The notes: generated from the sequence alone by a model not told the origin. 64,000 bases of DNA from Eledone cirrhosa (GCA_964016885.1 OZ024747.1:53320001-53384000); one strand, 5' to 3'; positions 40,943 to 56,776 are shown, counted from the first letter of the stretch. Translations and numbers: made by a program.

Positions 40943-41544
40943 AAGAACATAACGCATCGCCCGGTCCGGGAATAGAATTCGCAACCTCAAGAATGTGAAT
41001 CCAACTCGCTAACCACCAAGCCACACGCCTTCATAATAATTCATCTTTGATGAATAAAGTATTGACACCGTTTTATATGACCTAACAATCCTGGACACCA
41101 AATATTAAATGTGTTTAACGTTATTGTTGAGGCACTGAGCTGGCAGAGTCGTTAGAACGTCGGTTAGAATGTTTTATGGTATTTGTTCCGGCTATCTGCT
41201 CTCTGAGTTCAAATCCCACCGGGGTCATATCTGTTTCTCATTTACTCCCTCTCTCTCACTTTCTATCTTTCTCTGGAAGAAATCTGCTGTACTAAAGCCT
41301 GGAGTGATATGGGCTCAATCCGGCTTAAAATGTCCAAGAAACGCCGTATGTCAATACGGCACCCCTACGACTCTCTTAGCAGTTACGGCACCATACATAC
41401 ACTGTTATAGCAACAATTATTGACGGTACGTTTTCGCTAGCTTTTCACAGATCATTTGAATCACAGGTAACGTCCATCCCATGGGGTTCCACCTAACTAA
41501 TTCCACTCAGAAGATATGGTCGACACGAAGATATGGTAAATGAC

Positions 41545-41990
41545 ATAATTGTTTCTAATTTTGGCACAAAGCCAGCAATAACCCAGTGTATTACTGGTAC
41601 TTTATTTTATCGACCCCATAAGGATGAAAGGCAAAGTTAACCTCGGCGGGATTTGAACTCAGAATGGCGAGGGCCGTAACTCTATGCGTCAAAGCATGGC
41701 GTCCGACCTGGTGTCTAACCCGTGACATAACGATTGCCGAGCGAACCTATTTAAACATTCGGCCATGCTGCACACAGAATCATCATTATAGAACAACATT
41801 CTATGCTTTGCAGCATAGAGTTACAGCCCTTTATGTTCTGAGTTCAAATTCCTCCGAGGATAGCTCTGCCTTTCATCCTTACGGGGTCGATAAAATAAAG
41901 TATCAGTAATGTACTGGGGTCGATTTAATCGACTTTCCTCTCCCCTACAAATTGCTGGCCTTGTGCCTAAAGGGGAAACAATCATTACAG
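41545..41990. mobile_element. Two diverging SINE A copies (41545-41710 -, 41800-41990 +)
   Basis: Direct matches. Confidence 0.85.
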
Positions 41991-42189
41991 AACAATATTA
42001 AAGACTGTCCTGAACACCAGAGCTGACCTGAGGCCAAGGAGGGGGAAAAGTGTGTCAGTTGGCATGGGCCTATGATTTTGAAGGTACTTTCTCCTGGTTA
42101 GGGATAAAGGAGAAACATTTTGGTGAATGTTTACCTATTTTTCAAATACATTTTTTTAGTTCTGCTATTCTTCTCTATTGTCTATATAT

Positions 42190-43045
42190 ACATTATGTAC
42201 AATATATGTACATGTATATATAATGTAGAAAATATGTATATGTACATATAATGTACATTACATGTACATGTATATATAATGTACTTTATATGTACATGTA
42301 TATATAATGTACTTTATATGTACATGTATATATGTACTTTATATGTACATGTATATATAATGTACTTTATATGTACATGTATATATGTACTTTATATGTA
42401 CATGTATATATGTACTTTATATGTACATGTATATATGTACTTTATATGTACATGTATACAATATGTACAATATATGTACATATATATATAATGTAGATAA
42501 TATGTACATGTACATATAATGTACATTACATGTACATGTATATATAATGTACATTATATGTACATGTATATATATATATGTATATGTATATACATGTATA
42601 TATATGTATATATATATATGTAATATGTACATATATATATGTACATGTATATATAATGTACTTTATATATAATGTACTTTATATGTACATGTATACAATA
42701 TGTACAATATATGTACATGTATATATAATGTAGATAATGTGTACATGTATATATATAATGTACATTATACGTACATGTATATATAATGTACATTATATGT
42801 ACATGTATATATAATGTACTTTATGTGTACATGTATATATATTGTAGATAATATGTACATTATATATACATGTATATATAATGTAGATAATATGTGCATG
42901 TATATATATATAATGTACATGTATATATAATGTACATTATATGTACATGTATATATAATGTGCTTTATATGTACATGTATATATAATGTAGATAATATGT
43001 ACATTATATATACATGAATATATATAATGTACATGTAAACCATGC
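42190..43045. repeat. ATGTACAT-based complex satellite
   Basis: Repeated TATATGTACATGTATATATAATGTAC[A/T]T units. Confidence 0.9.
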
Positions 43046-44143
43046 ATATATCATAGATATTTAGTGTTGATTACTTGAATATTCAATAAGTAGTTTGAAT
43101 CAGAGTATTAACTTTGTATGAGATGTTTATATCACATTTTACTGAGCCTATTATTAATTGAAAGAGAGCCTATATTTCACATATGGCCTGGGACTATTAC
43201 CAGCTTTTTGCGGACCTGCCTAAGGCTGCTTTTGAGTAAAACCTGGCGTCACTCGAACATTAATGAATAAAGAATATGTTGAGAAACGAAGACAGGGAAT
43301 GCATATGTATTGATTGATTAGGAAAATAACATCTGGCGAGTAGGAAATGAGTTATAAAAGAGTAAAATGAAAAGCTTCAAGTAAAATAATGATTCATTCT
43401 TGATGATGTCTGTTGTAAGCTAGAAATGTTGGCGCTTCATGGACATCAGAGAGTGTCTAGCTTAAAGAAATCACCACCACCACATAATCACGTAGTTAAT
43501 GGGTATATAATTATAGGACATATGCATTAATTATGCCTATATAAGTATATGTATATTATTTGGAAATGAATTATTTCTCTATAAGAATATTGTGGACGGA
43601 AATGGATGGATGGTTAAGTAGTTCGTTTCCTAGTTGCACGGGTCTGGGTTCAATCCCATTGTGTGACATCTTCAGTAAGTGTCTCCAGCATAGCATCGGG
43701 TTGACTCATGCCTTGTGAGTGGAATTAGGTAGACTGAAACTGTTTGATTTCTGTAATTCAAAGGGGGGCAACCTTGGCATACACTTTTACACTGAATCTC
43801 CCTGAGAAATACGGTTAAATGTACATGTGTGTCTGGAATGATCATATTAATTTCATGAAAAGACTGTTCCATTGATCGAACAACTAGAACACTCATTGTC
43901 GAAACTGACCAAGGTGTCCTTTATGGTCTGAGTTCAAATCCCGCCGAGGTTAACTTTGCCTTTCATCCTTACGGGGTCGATAAAATAAAGTACCAGTAAT
44001 GCACTGGGTAATTGCTGGCCTTGTGCCAAAAGTAGAAACAATTATTAGTTATTTGGCTGTAATCAGTATAAAATCAGTCACTTCCAGATGTAATTACCAT
44101 GCTGTGTCACGTTGGAACAGTGAAAGAAGCGTTAAGGTTTAAA

Positions 44144-44285
<142 letters not shown>

Positions 44286-44385
44286 AAACGATGAAGTTTC
44301 GCTAACATATGTTTAGAAGTTTATTGTGTATCGACCTGTTACACGCGTTCTTGTTTGGTATCACCACCAGTGATTTACTGAGTCA

Positions 44386-44525
<140 letters not shown>

Positions 44526-45260
44526 TAGACACGCAGTGACTAACAACAGAATGTTTTAAGTCTGCGTATCTGATGACATACATGCGTATTGATTGATTGT
44601 TGACATACATGCGTACCTTGTGAATACAAATTTCAAGGGGTATCGCTGGCCGTGGTGATCCCTGCCAAACATATTTTGTAATGTACCATCTTATTGGCTA
44701 ATCAACCAACGAGAGTAATTGTTGCTCAAAAGCATCCGCCATTTTATTTGCACGTTTATTTATCGTTTCGCTTTCGAATCTTCCTTATGTATTTCGCCGT
44801 TTATCATCAAAATATTTTTCTCGTTTTGCTAAGTTATATTGTTAATTTATATATTATTTTTTAAATTTATATTAACTATTTTTTTTTCAGTTCGTTATAA
44901 CATGCATATAATATTGGTTGTGTCATATTTACTTGTATATTTGTCCATATTATTGTTCGTTTTATGTTAGATTATTTTATTATTATTATTATTATGTAAG
45001 ACCATTTGTATGTAATATTTAATTTTTATTAATTCAACTATAACAATTATTATGTAAAATATATTTATTTAATATTGATTGTTTTTATAGTTGTTTATAT
45101 TAAAAGTCTGAAAATATTTTTATACATCTTACAATAATATTTATAAGATCATTTATAAAATAACAATTATATAATCTAATTACATCACAATGATAATTTA
45201 TTATTAATATATATCATGTTTAACTAGAGTTATTACAAGCGTTGCCTTGAAAAAAATTAA

Positions 45261-45706
45261 ACTAGACCTGAAAAATGCGCAAGCTCAAAAGAGCCACATA
45301 ATGTTATAATAAACCTTCAAAAGTGTGGGACTAGAGTTGTTGCTCAAAAATATTGTAATCATTATCTATCGTACACTCTGTGGCATCCTTTTATAAAAAA
45401 GAGACTCATAACGAACTCAAGACGACACGATCATTATTTAAGTGAATTTATAATATAGAATTCGGTTTAAGTGCATTTCATATTAATCATTACTAAACAT
45501 CTAATATGAGATATTGAACATTAGCTTAAATAATTATCGCGTCGTCTTGAGTTCGTTATGAGTCACTATTTTATAAAAGGATGCCACAGAGTGTACGATA
45601 GATAATTATTACAATATTTTTTAGCAACAACTCTAGTCTCACACTTTTGAAGGTTTATTATAACATTATGTGTCTCTTTTGAGCTTGCGCATTTTTCAGG
45701 TCTAGT
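45261..45706. repeat. Inverted repeat with ~180-bp arms and ~80-bp spacer, abutting (TA)n
   Basis: ACTAGACCTGAAAAATGCGCAAGCTC...GAGCTTGCGCATTTTTCAGGTCTAGT. Confidence 0.9.
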
Positions 45707-45950
45707 ATATATATGCGTTAGTGTGTGTGTATGTATTATTGATCATTTTTTCACTTCTGTCAATCTGACACTTGTTAAAGGTGTTTTTACAAATCCATAG
45801 GCTACCCCAACACGCTCCACTACAAATACTACCCTGTTTGGGGGCTACCAATTACACGTATATGCATGTCTGTGTATGTATCCATATATATTTATATATA
45901 TTTGAAAAAAGGAAAAGAACGATTTCACTTGTAGTGTTAAAATTATATTA

Positions 45951-46861
45951 TCTATATATATAAAACTGAGGATGTCTGTGTGTGTGTGGGTTTGAATCCC
46001 TAAAAATCGAAAAGCACCCAACCGACTGTTTTCAAATTTTACTCATGTAATACTCATGTTTCAGGGATTGTTCTGAGCAAAAGAAATTTCAAAGAAATTT
46101 CAAATTTTCAATACCTTACATTAGGTGATCTCTCTCTATAATTCTTAGTCTTTCTCTTTTTAGATAGATACATACATACATATAACGTCGCACCCTTATA
46201 ATATCTGTCTGACTAGCTGCATTACGTCACTTCCCTGAGGATGTCTGTGTGTGTGCGTGTCTGTGAGTTTGAATCCCTAAAACTCGGGAAGTACCCAACC
46301 GACTTTTTTCAAACTTTACATGTGTATTACTTATGTTTCAGGGAGTGTTATGCACATAAAAATCAACTTTTTTATCTCCTAGGGCCCGCATTAGGTGAAA
46401 AACTGCGTTTTTAAAGCTTTTTAGGGGTCTTTTGAGGCGTTACGTCAGACCGATTTCTTTGAAATTGTAACTATGTATTAGTCAGTCTCTTCTTCATACC
46501 GTGAGCAAAGACAATCCAAATGTGTTATGGCCTAGGGCTCGCATTAGGTGAAAAACTTCATTTTTTCAGCTTTTTAGGGCTTTTTGGTGGCGTTACGTCT
46601 AGTCGATTTCCCTGAAATTCCAAGGCATATTATGCACATAAAAAAAAATTAATTTTCTTGATCCCCTAGGGCCCGCATTAGGTGAAAACCTGCATTTTTC
46701 CTGCTTCATCGAGGAAAATATTAAAGATTATCCAGCCATCAGAGTATTCGGTTTATTTTCTTTACATATTGTCCAGGCATGCAGTTTTTCCACGATTAGG
46801 TTTGTTGGCGGCCCGCGTTCCTAAATACCTTATCCTGTGCAACGCCGGGTACCACTGCTAG
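45951..46861 (+). mobile_element. Non-autonomous Helitron, copy 2
   Basis: A|TCTATATATATAAAA...CCTGTGCAACGCCGGG hairpin...CTAG|T; no TSD or TIR. Confidence 0.85.
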
Positions 46862-47123
46862 TAATATTATAAAATTAAATCCAAAACACTTTTTAACGCT
46901 ACAAGTGAAGTCATTCTTTTCCTTTATTTTCAAATATACCTAACTGTACCAAGGATTTCACACATTTTCCTATATATACATATATATATATATGTGTGTG
47001 TGTGTGTGGGTGTGTGTGTGTCGAGGGTGGGAGAAGTATATATATATATATGCATACGTATATATAAATATATATATATATAGACATGAATATATATATA
47101 TATATATATATATGTATACATAC

Positions 47124-47154
<31 letters not shown>

Positions 47155-47316
47155 CATGCATACATACATACATATATATATATACATACATACATACATA
47201 CATATATATACATACATACATATATATATATACATACATACATATATATATATATATACATGCATACATACATACATATATATACATGTATACATACATA
47301 CATACATATACATGTA

Positions 47317-47348
<32 letters not shown>

Positions 47349-49374
47349 CATGTATGCATACATAAACATGTATACATACATACATATATATATATATATA
47401 TGAAAAAATGGGGAGAAGAATACTGCAGGTTGCACATGGATAACATGTAATAAAATAGGTCCCTCATCAGTGATTTGCCGACGATCATAGATATTTCATT
47501 GCATTAAAAATCATATACCTCACGTCGGTGCAATAATAACTAAATTAAGTTATTAGGACAATTAAAACGCGTAAAGCGAGTGAGACAAGTAAACAACAAA
47601 GAGAGCTAATCGTAGAGAGGAAGGGAACAAGCTACATAGTTATTCTGTTAGCATAAGCTAGGTGAATATATGAGCGCTTAGAAAAAAGACCTTTCGAGAT
47701 GAATCCAAATGTGAGAAAGAAAGAAAATGTTTTCGTCGCGAACGGGGTGAAGTGAGAAGGGGAGAAACAGTGAGTGAGTGAGTGGAAGTGTGAGGAAGTG
47801 ATACTCAAGTATTGAGTCCTTTCATTGATTTAAATTTTCACGTGTGGTATATATATATATATATAACATATATGTATATATATATGTTATTATACTTCCT
47901 CGCAGGCACACATACAGATACACTTACACTGAAAACAAAACACATTGCCCTTTACACTTCCGATTCTCAATTGAAAAATATAATAAAAAACATCCCATCC
48001 TTCCAAACAACTAACCTACCACATCCTATATACCCCTTCACAACTACACACGCACACACTCACGCACACACACACACACACACACACATGCACGCACGCA
48101 CACACACACACACACACACACATACACACGTATATAGTGTAACCTTCCCCTCCCTCATTGAGCTAATTCACACCGATACTTAACTAACCACCACCTCTTC
48201 CCTTCTCACCACTCATACCATAAATCTTCTAATTACATCTCCTTTTAAAATCATTAGAAATGTGTATATATCAGCCCTCCAACCTCCCATACCTTCCCTT
48301 TTTCTCCAGCACCAATTTGCTCTCTGTTTGCTGAAGTTAAGGGCCCTACTCCGTCACATAGCTTTTCTTTTATTTTGTTTGTCTTTTGAACGTTATCATA
48401 AAGTGCTAATCGCCTCTCAAAAGCATGTAAACTAACCGTCAATAGTTTATTTTTAAATACCATTCTTTAATGAGCCCTACATCTCTTCTCACTTGTTCTC
48501 CACATCTCTCTCTCTCACACACACATATACACTCACACATACACACACACAAACTCCCTCCTCTCTCTCTCTCTCACACTCACGCACCCACTCCTCACTC
48601 TCTCTCTCTCACACACAGACACACCCTCTCTCTCTTACACACAAACACACAAAGCACACGCACAAACTCCTTCCTCTCTCTCACACACACCCTCCTGTCT
48701 CTCTCACTCTCTCTCTCTCTCTCTTGGTTCAACAAATGGAAAAGGTTGGTCTCTTCTGAAACGTGTTACTTAAGTCAAAATGAAAATTGGTCCGCAATTA
48801 TAAACCTTGAATTTCATTTAATTTCGAGAGCAAATCTTGCATCCAAATTGGTCTTAATTTGATGGAATTTCGTCATGACTTTTTCCTGCACTTTGGCTAT
48901 TTGCTAAATCTGACTAACAAACTTTATTAAAATACCAACTGATTATTATCTTAGGGAGTGGGTTTAAAAAAAAGAAGGAAAAGAAACAAAGATCAAATAA
49001 TAAATAACAACAAAGACCACAGCAACAAAGGCGAAAACAACAAAGAGAGCAACAACAACATAGGAACAAACGATCAAAAGAACAAATATTAAGTGTAATA
49101 GCAACTAGTCTGTGACGTATGAGGAATGTTACACACATACACACACACACACACAAACTCATACACATTTTAGTAACGATCATTAATTCATTACGAATAC
49201 ACCCACGTACACATCTTTAAATATATATATATATATATATATAGATATATGCATATATATATATATATTATATATATATAGATATATGCATATATATATA
49301 TTATATATATATAGATATATGCATATATATATATTATATATATATATAATATATATATATATTATATATATTAT

Positions 49375-49420
<46 letters not shown>

Positions 49421-49741
49421 TACATATATATAATAAAATAGGGGAGTGGTCAATTTTAGTTTTCTCAGTCTAGATAATGAAGTAGTCAAATGTTGAGAAA
49501 TGTTAAACTTTAGCTAATTTATAATAATGAGCTATGAATAATTAAACAATTCCATATATGTACACACACACTCATACTTATGTGTGTGTGTATACGCGTA
49601 TAAGTACATATATATGACAAGACCGGATACTTCGTGTCCTGATCTGATGACCTGGGCTGGCCACTGAAATACGTTTGTTTTTATGCAACATTAATGGAAT
49701 ATTTGGAATCTTTTCATTGAAATATAAGAAAACACACACAG

Positions 49742-49779
<38 letters not shown>

Positions 49780-49782
<3 letters not shown>

Positions 49783-50125
49783 ATATGGAAAACGAAGAAT
49801 CAGTGATGCATCGGAACACAATTTATTATGTATTACAATTGTTTCTCCGGCGAACAGCTCGAGGTGCGATCTGTTTGTGGATCGAACCTGACTTTTGCTT
49901 CGAAATCACTAGACGTATCTGAGGAACTTGCGAATCCAGAGTCAGGTTCGATCCATAAACAGATCGCACCTCAAGCTGTTCACCGGAGAAACAATTGTAA
50001 TATGTAATAAATTGTGTTCCGATACATCACTGATTCTTCGTTTTCCATATTATTATACACTGCTCCAAAGGAGCATAGAGTGCTCCACCGGCATACCGCC
50101 TATGGACGCATCCAAGCAACCTTAC
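49780..50125 (+). mobile_element. (TA)n-flanked fold-back insert (arms 49780-49893 and 49940-50053) with hammerhead-like motif 49913-50005
   Basis: ACGTAT CTGAGGA ... GAAA CAATTG TA ATATGT; stem I pairs, base of stem II is irregular. Confidence 0.7.
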
Positions 50126-50126
50126 T

Positions 50127-50157
<31 letters not shown>

Positions 50158-50159
50158 GA

Positions 50160-50400
50160 TACTCCGTTTTTTAATTTGTTTTGCAAGATTTATCTGAAAA
50201 CGTGTGTTGAAACAGATATTGTTATACTTTGGGATACACAACACAAAAACAAGATGGTATAGGATAGAACAAAGGAGAGCCACAATATAAGAACCCAGTC
50301 TCTGAGGAGGTCACAGAATGTGTCACGAAAGAGCTTTGACAATATATAAATAACCATCTGGTTATCGAACCAAACTAAAATTTATAAATAATTAAAATAT
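50160..50400. mobile_element. Inverted-junction pLTR fragment related to the 20268-21345 PLE; degenerate hammerhead 50297-50341 (+)
   Basis: 50160-50235 is similar to 20505-20580 (direct), the rest is inverted; AGTCT CTGAGGA GGTCACAGAATGTGTCAC GAAA GAGC TT TGAC. Confidence 0.75.
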
Positions 50401-50468
50401 ACACAGACATGTATATAATGAGATGAAACTTTGTGTATATATATAAATAAATGTGTATGCTTGTATAC

Positions 50469-50537
<69 letters not shown>

Positions 50538-50659
50538 GTATGTGTATGCATATGTGTGTGTATATGCGTGTGTATATGTGGGTGTCTGTGATCGATATAC
50601 ACTGGTCATAGACACACACACACATACACACACACACATACACACACACACACACACGT

Positions 50660-50690
<31 letters not shown>

Positions 50691-51114
50691 CACGCAACAA
50701 TACCATATATTTCGAACTACCTCTGAAGTATGTAAGATTTATTAGAGATCAATGAAGACCTTTGATTTGGGGTATTCGGCTCAAGGTCGTGAGCTGAATT
50801 CCTGTTGGCGTGATGTATCCTTGATCAAGACACTTTATTTCACATTGCTCCTGTTAATTCAGCCCAAAAAGAATATAAGGTTTGTAACTGTAATTCACAG
50901 AGATAATTTTGTTACACACCGTGTCTTGCTGAATCTCCTTGAGAATTACGTAAATAGTACATGTGTCTGTAGAATACTCAACGGATTACACGTTAATCTT
51001 ACGATCAAGCTGTTTCGTTGGTCAAACACACACAAGAAATACCGGCCCGGGGATATATTTTCAAATAAACTATCCCCTCGCCCAGTGGCCGCAGTTATTT
51101 TGTATATATGCTAG

Positions 51115-51390
51115 TCTAAAGTTTAAAATGCGTTTCGAGCCCGGAGGATTTTGAGGCCGCTGTATAGCCCGGTTTCCGTGGCACGAAGCGACTGAGAGTA
51201 CAAGACTTCCCCCAGGGCAGGGTTAATCTCCCAGCTATTGCTAGTACTAATTTTCAGCTGAGTATACTGGATGTGGCAAAGTAAAATGAAGTGTTTTGCT
51301 CAAAACACTACGCAAAACCCAGTCCAGGAATCGAACCTACGACATTATGATCGTAAGTTCAACACGCTTACCATTAGGCCATGCCCCTCC
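51115..51390 (-). mobile_element. tRNA-derived SINE of another family
   Basis: rc head GGAGGGGCATGGCCTAATGG...GGTTCGATTCC plus a CORE-like segment. Confidence 0.7.
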
Positions 51391-51754
51391 ACAAAGATGA
51401 CAGAACAACTTCTAAAAAAAAAAAATAATAATAAAAAAAAAAAAAATTCAGTTGATCCATAGAAATGGGTTGTATAGAGATTTAGAGTTTTCTAGGAACT
51501 TCCCTGAGAAAATTCCACGTCGATGACTTGAAGGATGGTGGTCGAAGTTGATGGAAATGTTTCAGTAGTTACATCATTTTAACAGTCAGCTAAATATCAG
51601 GTGACTGTATAAGGTGACTGTACAGTTTTAACTCTCAAAATACTCCCGTTAACCTATACTCCGCACTGGGAGAAAGGCCTGTTGCTCCTGCTGTTGCTGT
51701 AGATTAGTTGCTACTGTTGTTGTTCTTGCCGTTGTTACTGCTGTTGCTGCTGGT

Positions 51755-52240
51755 GATGACGATGATGATAATGACGATGCTGATGACAATGATGACGATG
51801 ATGATGATGACGATGATGATGATGTTGATAATGATGATGGTGATGATGATGCCGATGGTGATGATGACGATGTTGATGACGATGATGACGATGATGACGA
51901 TGATGATAATGACGATGCTGATGACAATGATGACGATGATGATGACGATGATGATGATGTTGATAATGGTGATGATAATGATGGTGATGATGATGCCGAT
52001 GGTGATGATGACGATGATGATGACGATGATGACGATGATGATGATGACGATGATGATGATGTTGATAATGATGATGGTGATGATGATGCCGATGGTGATG
52101 ATGACGATGATGATGACGATGATGACGATGACGATGATGTTGATAATGGTGATGATAATGATGGTGATGATGCCGATGGTGATGATGACGATGGCGATGG
52201 TGATGGTGATGGTGATAGTGATGATGATGATGATGATGAC
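51755..52240. repeat. (GAT/GAC)n tract with higher-order periodicity
   Basis: Recurrent GTTGATAAT and GCCGATGGT interruptions. Confidence 0.9.
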
Positions 52241-53369
52241 ATCCTTACTGTTGAAAGACCTCTAACATGAATTGAATTCGCCTCACACATATACACATGT
52301 GACATTTGAAACATAGACATCAACAAACAACCAATATACCATGTAATTTAACACATACACACATACATACACATATACACGCACATATACACACACACAC
52401 AAACACAAACATACACAACGATACATACAAACGCACACACATACGTAGATACATAGCTATTGTAACCCACGCACACCAGAAGAGACCTTTCTAACATGAC
52501 TAAAGGATACGGCGAACCTTTTTTGCCAATCTGGGAGGCTTAGTGATGACAATATAGAAAAATAAATACAGTGAATGAGGGGAGAGAGCAGTGAGAAGAA
52601 GGAGGAGGTAGCGATAAGAGTAATTAATATATATAAAAAGAAAGTCAACTTTCAAGTAATGAGGGCGGATAGCTGCGAGAAGAACAAGATAGCTTTAAGA
52701 TTAATAATTGTTTCTACTTTAGGCACAAGGCCAGCAATTGCCCAGTGCATTACTGGTACTTTATTTTATCGTCCCCGTAAGGATGAAAGGCAAAGTCAAC
52801 CTCGGCGGGATTTGAACTCAGAATAATATATATAAAACAGGGAAGTCAACTTTCAAATAATGCGCAGAGTGAGCAGCGAGAAGAAGGACGAGATAGCTTT
52901 AAGATATAAAAAGTCAACTTTCAAAAAGGAGAATACATTGTTTAACTAGAAGGAAGGTATGGGGCTCCATCGGTTTCGAATATGAGCGCTCAATCAACGG
53001 AACAGCATGGGTATGAAATTAATGTGTAAGTGGCTGAATATTCCACAGATACATGTGCTTTAATGTAATTCTCAGGGAGATTCAACGTGACACAGTGTGT
53101 GGTAAGACTAGCCCTTTATATTACAGATAATGTCAATCCGACGGTTTCCAGGCAGTTTCTGTCTACACAAATTCACGCAAAATGCATGAGTCGGTACAAG
53201 GTTATAGAAATATCACTTGCTGAAGATGTCACTCTTGGTATTGATCTTAGGAATGAATTATTACGTGCACTACTATTTAGCTATGAATCATACATTTCTG
53301 CTAATCAGAAAATGTACCTCTCATATACTGAACCACCCGAAATCGACACTGATCCTAAAACATATAACT

Positions 53370-53631
53370 GTTTGAAATTATTAGAAATGTAAGCTATCGC
53401 CGTATTTTGACTAAAGAAATTAAAGAAATTATTTAGCCTGATAGTGGGGTTAAGAACCCTCGGAGAAATGAAAAAAGAAATGGAAAAAGATGAGTATTGA
53501 CGTACATGTACGTCAATACTCATCTTTTTCCATTTCTCCGAGGGTTCTTAACCCCACTATCAGGCTAAATAATTTCTTTAATTTCTTTAGTTAAAATACG
53601 GCGATAGCTAACATTTCTAATAATTTCAAAC
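53370..53631. repeat. Spacer-less palindrome with ~125-bp arms, centred on TGACGTACA|TGTACGTCA
   Basis: Arms are near-perfect except a 12-bp duplication in the left arm. Confidence 0.95.
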
Positions 53632-54801
53632 CCACTCGCTGTTTCGAAAATATTCTTATATAACTGTTTGTTTTAAAACGTTTAAATTAATATAAAAGCC
53701 TTCCATCATGATTTTCTGTAAGAATATTTAAGTTATGTTCCAAACATTCTTGATTATTGTGTGTGTTTTCAATAATTCCAGAACCAGCCTGGTGACAACT
53801 GTTTTGGCTTATCAAGTTTCGTAAAGCCTTTCAGAATTAAAAATTGTGTGCTTTCGGATTGGCTCGGTTGATTTACTTAACCACATGCTCGCCCCCAGAC
53901 AGATCCTGCACACAATGCACTTTGGAGTCTTATGAAAAACTGTCTTCAGACGTATGTATCCTTCATCATTATTGAAACTTTCGATCTAATTTCTGATTAT
54001 ATATATCATCACATTCTTCGTTTTAACGCCCACTTTCCCTACTATATGGAGAAAGAGACCGGCAGACTACAGAAAATTGAGTTCAAATCTTATTTCAATC
54101 TGTGATTTGAACTTTTTTTTATCATATAACAAATAAAAAAATAAAAATAATAAAATCAAAGAAAGTTCTGATAAAATTTAAATAAAATTTTGGAAGCAAA
54201 AGTAATTCTCTTTCTCTCTCATTCTCTCACCCTTTCTTCTTGTTTCTTTCTTTCTCCCGCTCTGTCTTGTTCTCTCTCTTTCAGTTTCTTTGATCTTCCT
54301 CTCACATTTTGATCTTCCTTCTCTATCTTCTCTCTCTGTTATTCACCCTCTATCTCTCTCTATCTTTCGTTATTTCTACCTTTCTCATTGTCTTGTTCTC
54401 TTAGGCCCTCCCCCACTCCCTTATTTTTTTATTTTATTTGCTTATTAGTCTTTAACACAAATACAATTTTATTTTTATATATAAATCCCACCAAATTTAC
54501 ACCAGACATCTCACCTCCACCTCATACATAACCTTTCTTCAACTCCTTACTGTCTCCCCCTTCCCCTTCTCTCTTATTCTTTCTTATACACAAAATCTCT
54601 CATACATTTCTAAAAGACTCTCCCTCTCTCTGCTTTCATTATCTCTTCAGATATTTTTTTCCCTCTTCACTCGCTTCTCTATCACCTCCCCACCACCCAT
54701 CGCCTCCTCCCAACCCCCAATCTCTCTCACTCTCACAAGATTATCAACTTTTTTCCCATTTTGTTATACACAAATTCACCCACTCTCTCTCTCTCTCTAT
54801 A

Positions 54802-54834
<33 letters not shown>

Positions 54835-55212
54835 CCCTTTCTCATATACAACATCCCTCATACATTTCTAAAAGATCCCTTCTCTCTCTTTGCTTTCATT
54901 ATCCTCACAAACCTATTTTTTACTGTCACATGGTTCTTTCCACCTCTCTCTCTCTTTCAAACTACTCTTCTCCTACTTCCATCCTTAATTCTACAACCTA
55001 TATTACATTCTCTATTACCATTCTTGTCTTTGAAATAAAAAATAAAAAAATGAAATAAAATAAAACTCTTTTTTTTTTTCATCCCACAATTTCATTTTCA
55101 TGAAAATCTTTCCTCACAGAATTTAGGTAAAAAATGTCATTTTTGAGAAAGTTCAATATAAACAAAAAAAATGTCACCCCACCCCCCACAATCTCTTGTA
55201 ATTGAGAAAATA

Positions 55213-55261
<49 letters not shown>

Positions 55262-55526
55262 AAATGTGTGTGCATATAAATTATATATTTACACACATAC
55301 ATATACAAATGCACATACCTATGAATATATATATATAATATTAAACATAAATCAGTGAATTTAATGCAAATAAACAAGCAAAAAATTGATAAATAGCTAG
55401 TTTATTATTAGACAAAATAGATAGATAAATAGATAAAGAGATGGATATACAGAAATAGCGATAAATGGGTAGATAAGGATGTATTTTGTGGGGGAAATTA
55501 CACGAGCTTTGACAAAAACAGGTTCA

Positions 55527-55564
<38 letters not shown>

Positions 55565-56659
55565 ATTTTTTTCTTGTGTGAATAAATAGTAAATATTTCG
55601 CAATTTTTGTGAGTTTGTGAGTATATATATATATATATACGATTTGAACACATATATCTATATATCTGTGTTCGTTTTTCTTTTATATTCTTTTATAATA
55701 TATATACATATATATATAGACACACACACACACACACACAGACACACACACACACACATGTTTGTGTGCGTTTATATATATATATATGTGTGTATGTGAA
55801 TATATATATGTGCATGTGTGTGTGAATATGTATACATACATACATGCATACATACATACATACAGACACACATACATTTATACATACATACATACATACA
55901 TACATACATACATACATACATACATACATACATACATACATACATAGATAGATACACACATACATACATAACATTGTCTGTTGTCTCTCTATGAATCTAT
56001 AAAAAGATAACGTCAGCGTGTCTAGCTCAGATTCTTTTTACTTCACTTTTTTCCTTCCATACTTTCTCTTGTCTCAGTCAATGTCAGTTAAGTCAACAAG
56101 CTAACTTATAATTATATCAACATTACATATTAAAAATCAATAATGAAAATAACACAGTTTACATATAAAATGTTCTTTTACTATATATTATTTATATTTA
56201 TCAAGAAATATATATTATTTTATAGTATTTATTTTAAATTATTTTATGTATTTCACTCAGTTTTAAAAATTTTGTAAATAAAAAATTGCTGAAGATATTA
56301 CTAAAGAACATGATAAAAGTAAGATATTTCTGAGGTTTTTTCTTCATTTTTGTTCCAATTTGTGTATAAATTTATTTGTATGTATATAAGCCTATATGAA
56401 TGTATGTATGTATTTTTAGCATATATGAATGTATGATGTATATAAGCATATATGTATGGATCGATGTATTTGTGTGAATGTGTGTGTGTATGTTTATATA
56501 TACTCGTGTATGTATATAAGCATATATGTATGTATGTACAGATGGAGATGAATTTCTGAGTTTGTAAGTGTATGTTTACATATGTATGTATTTATACACT
56601 TATTCAACCCACATAAAAGCATAAAATTCACACACAAACGAACAAGCCTGAATATATGA

Positions 56660-56708
<49 letters not shown>

Positions 56709-56711
56709 CAC

Positions 56712-56776
<65 letters not shown>

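Noticed and set aside
42018-43218. hAT element enclosing the ATGTACAT satellite
   Set aside because: Termini are too degenerate and there is no TSD
49640-49680. CTGATGA...GAAA as a complete hammerhead
   Set aside because: Stems I and III do not form; at most a fragment related to 29653-29710
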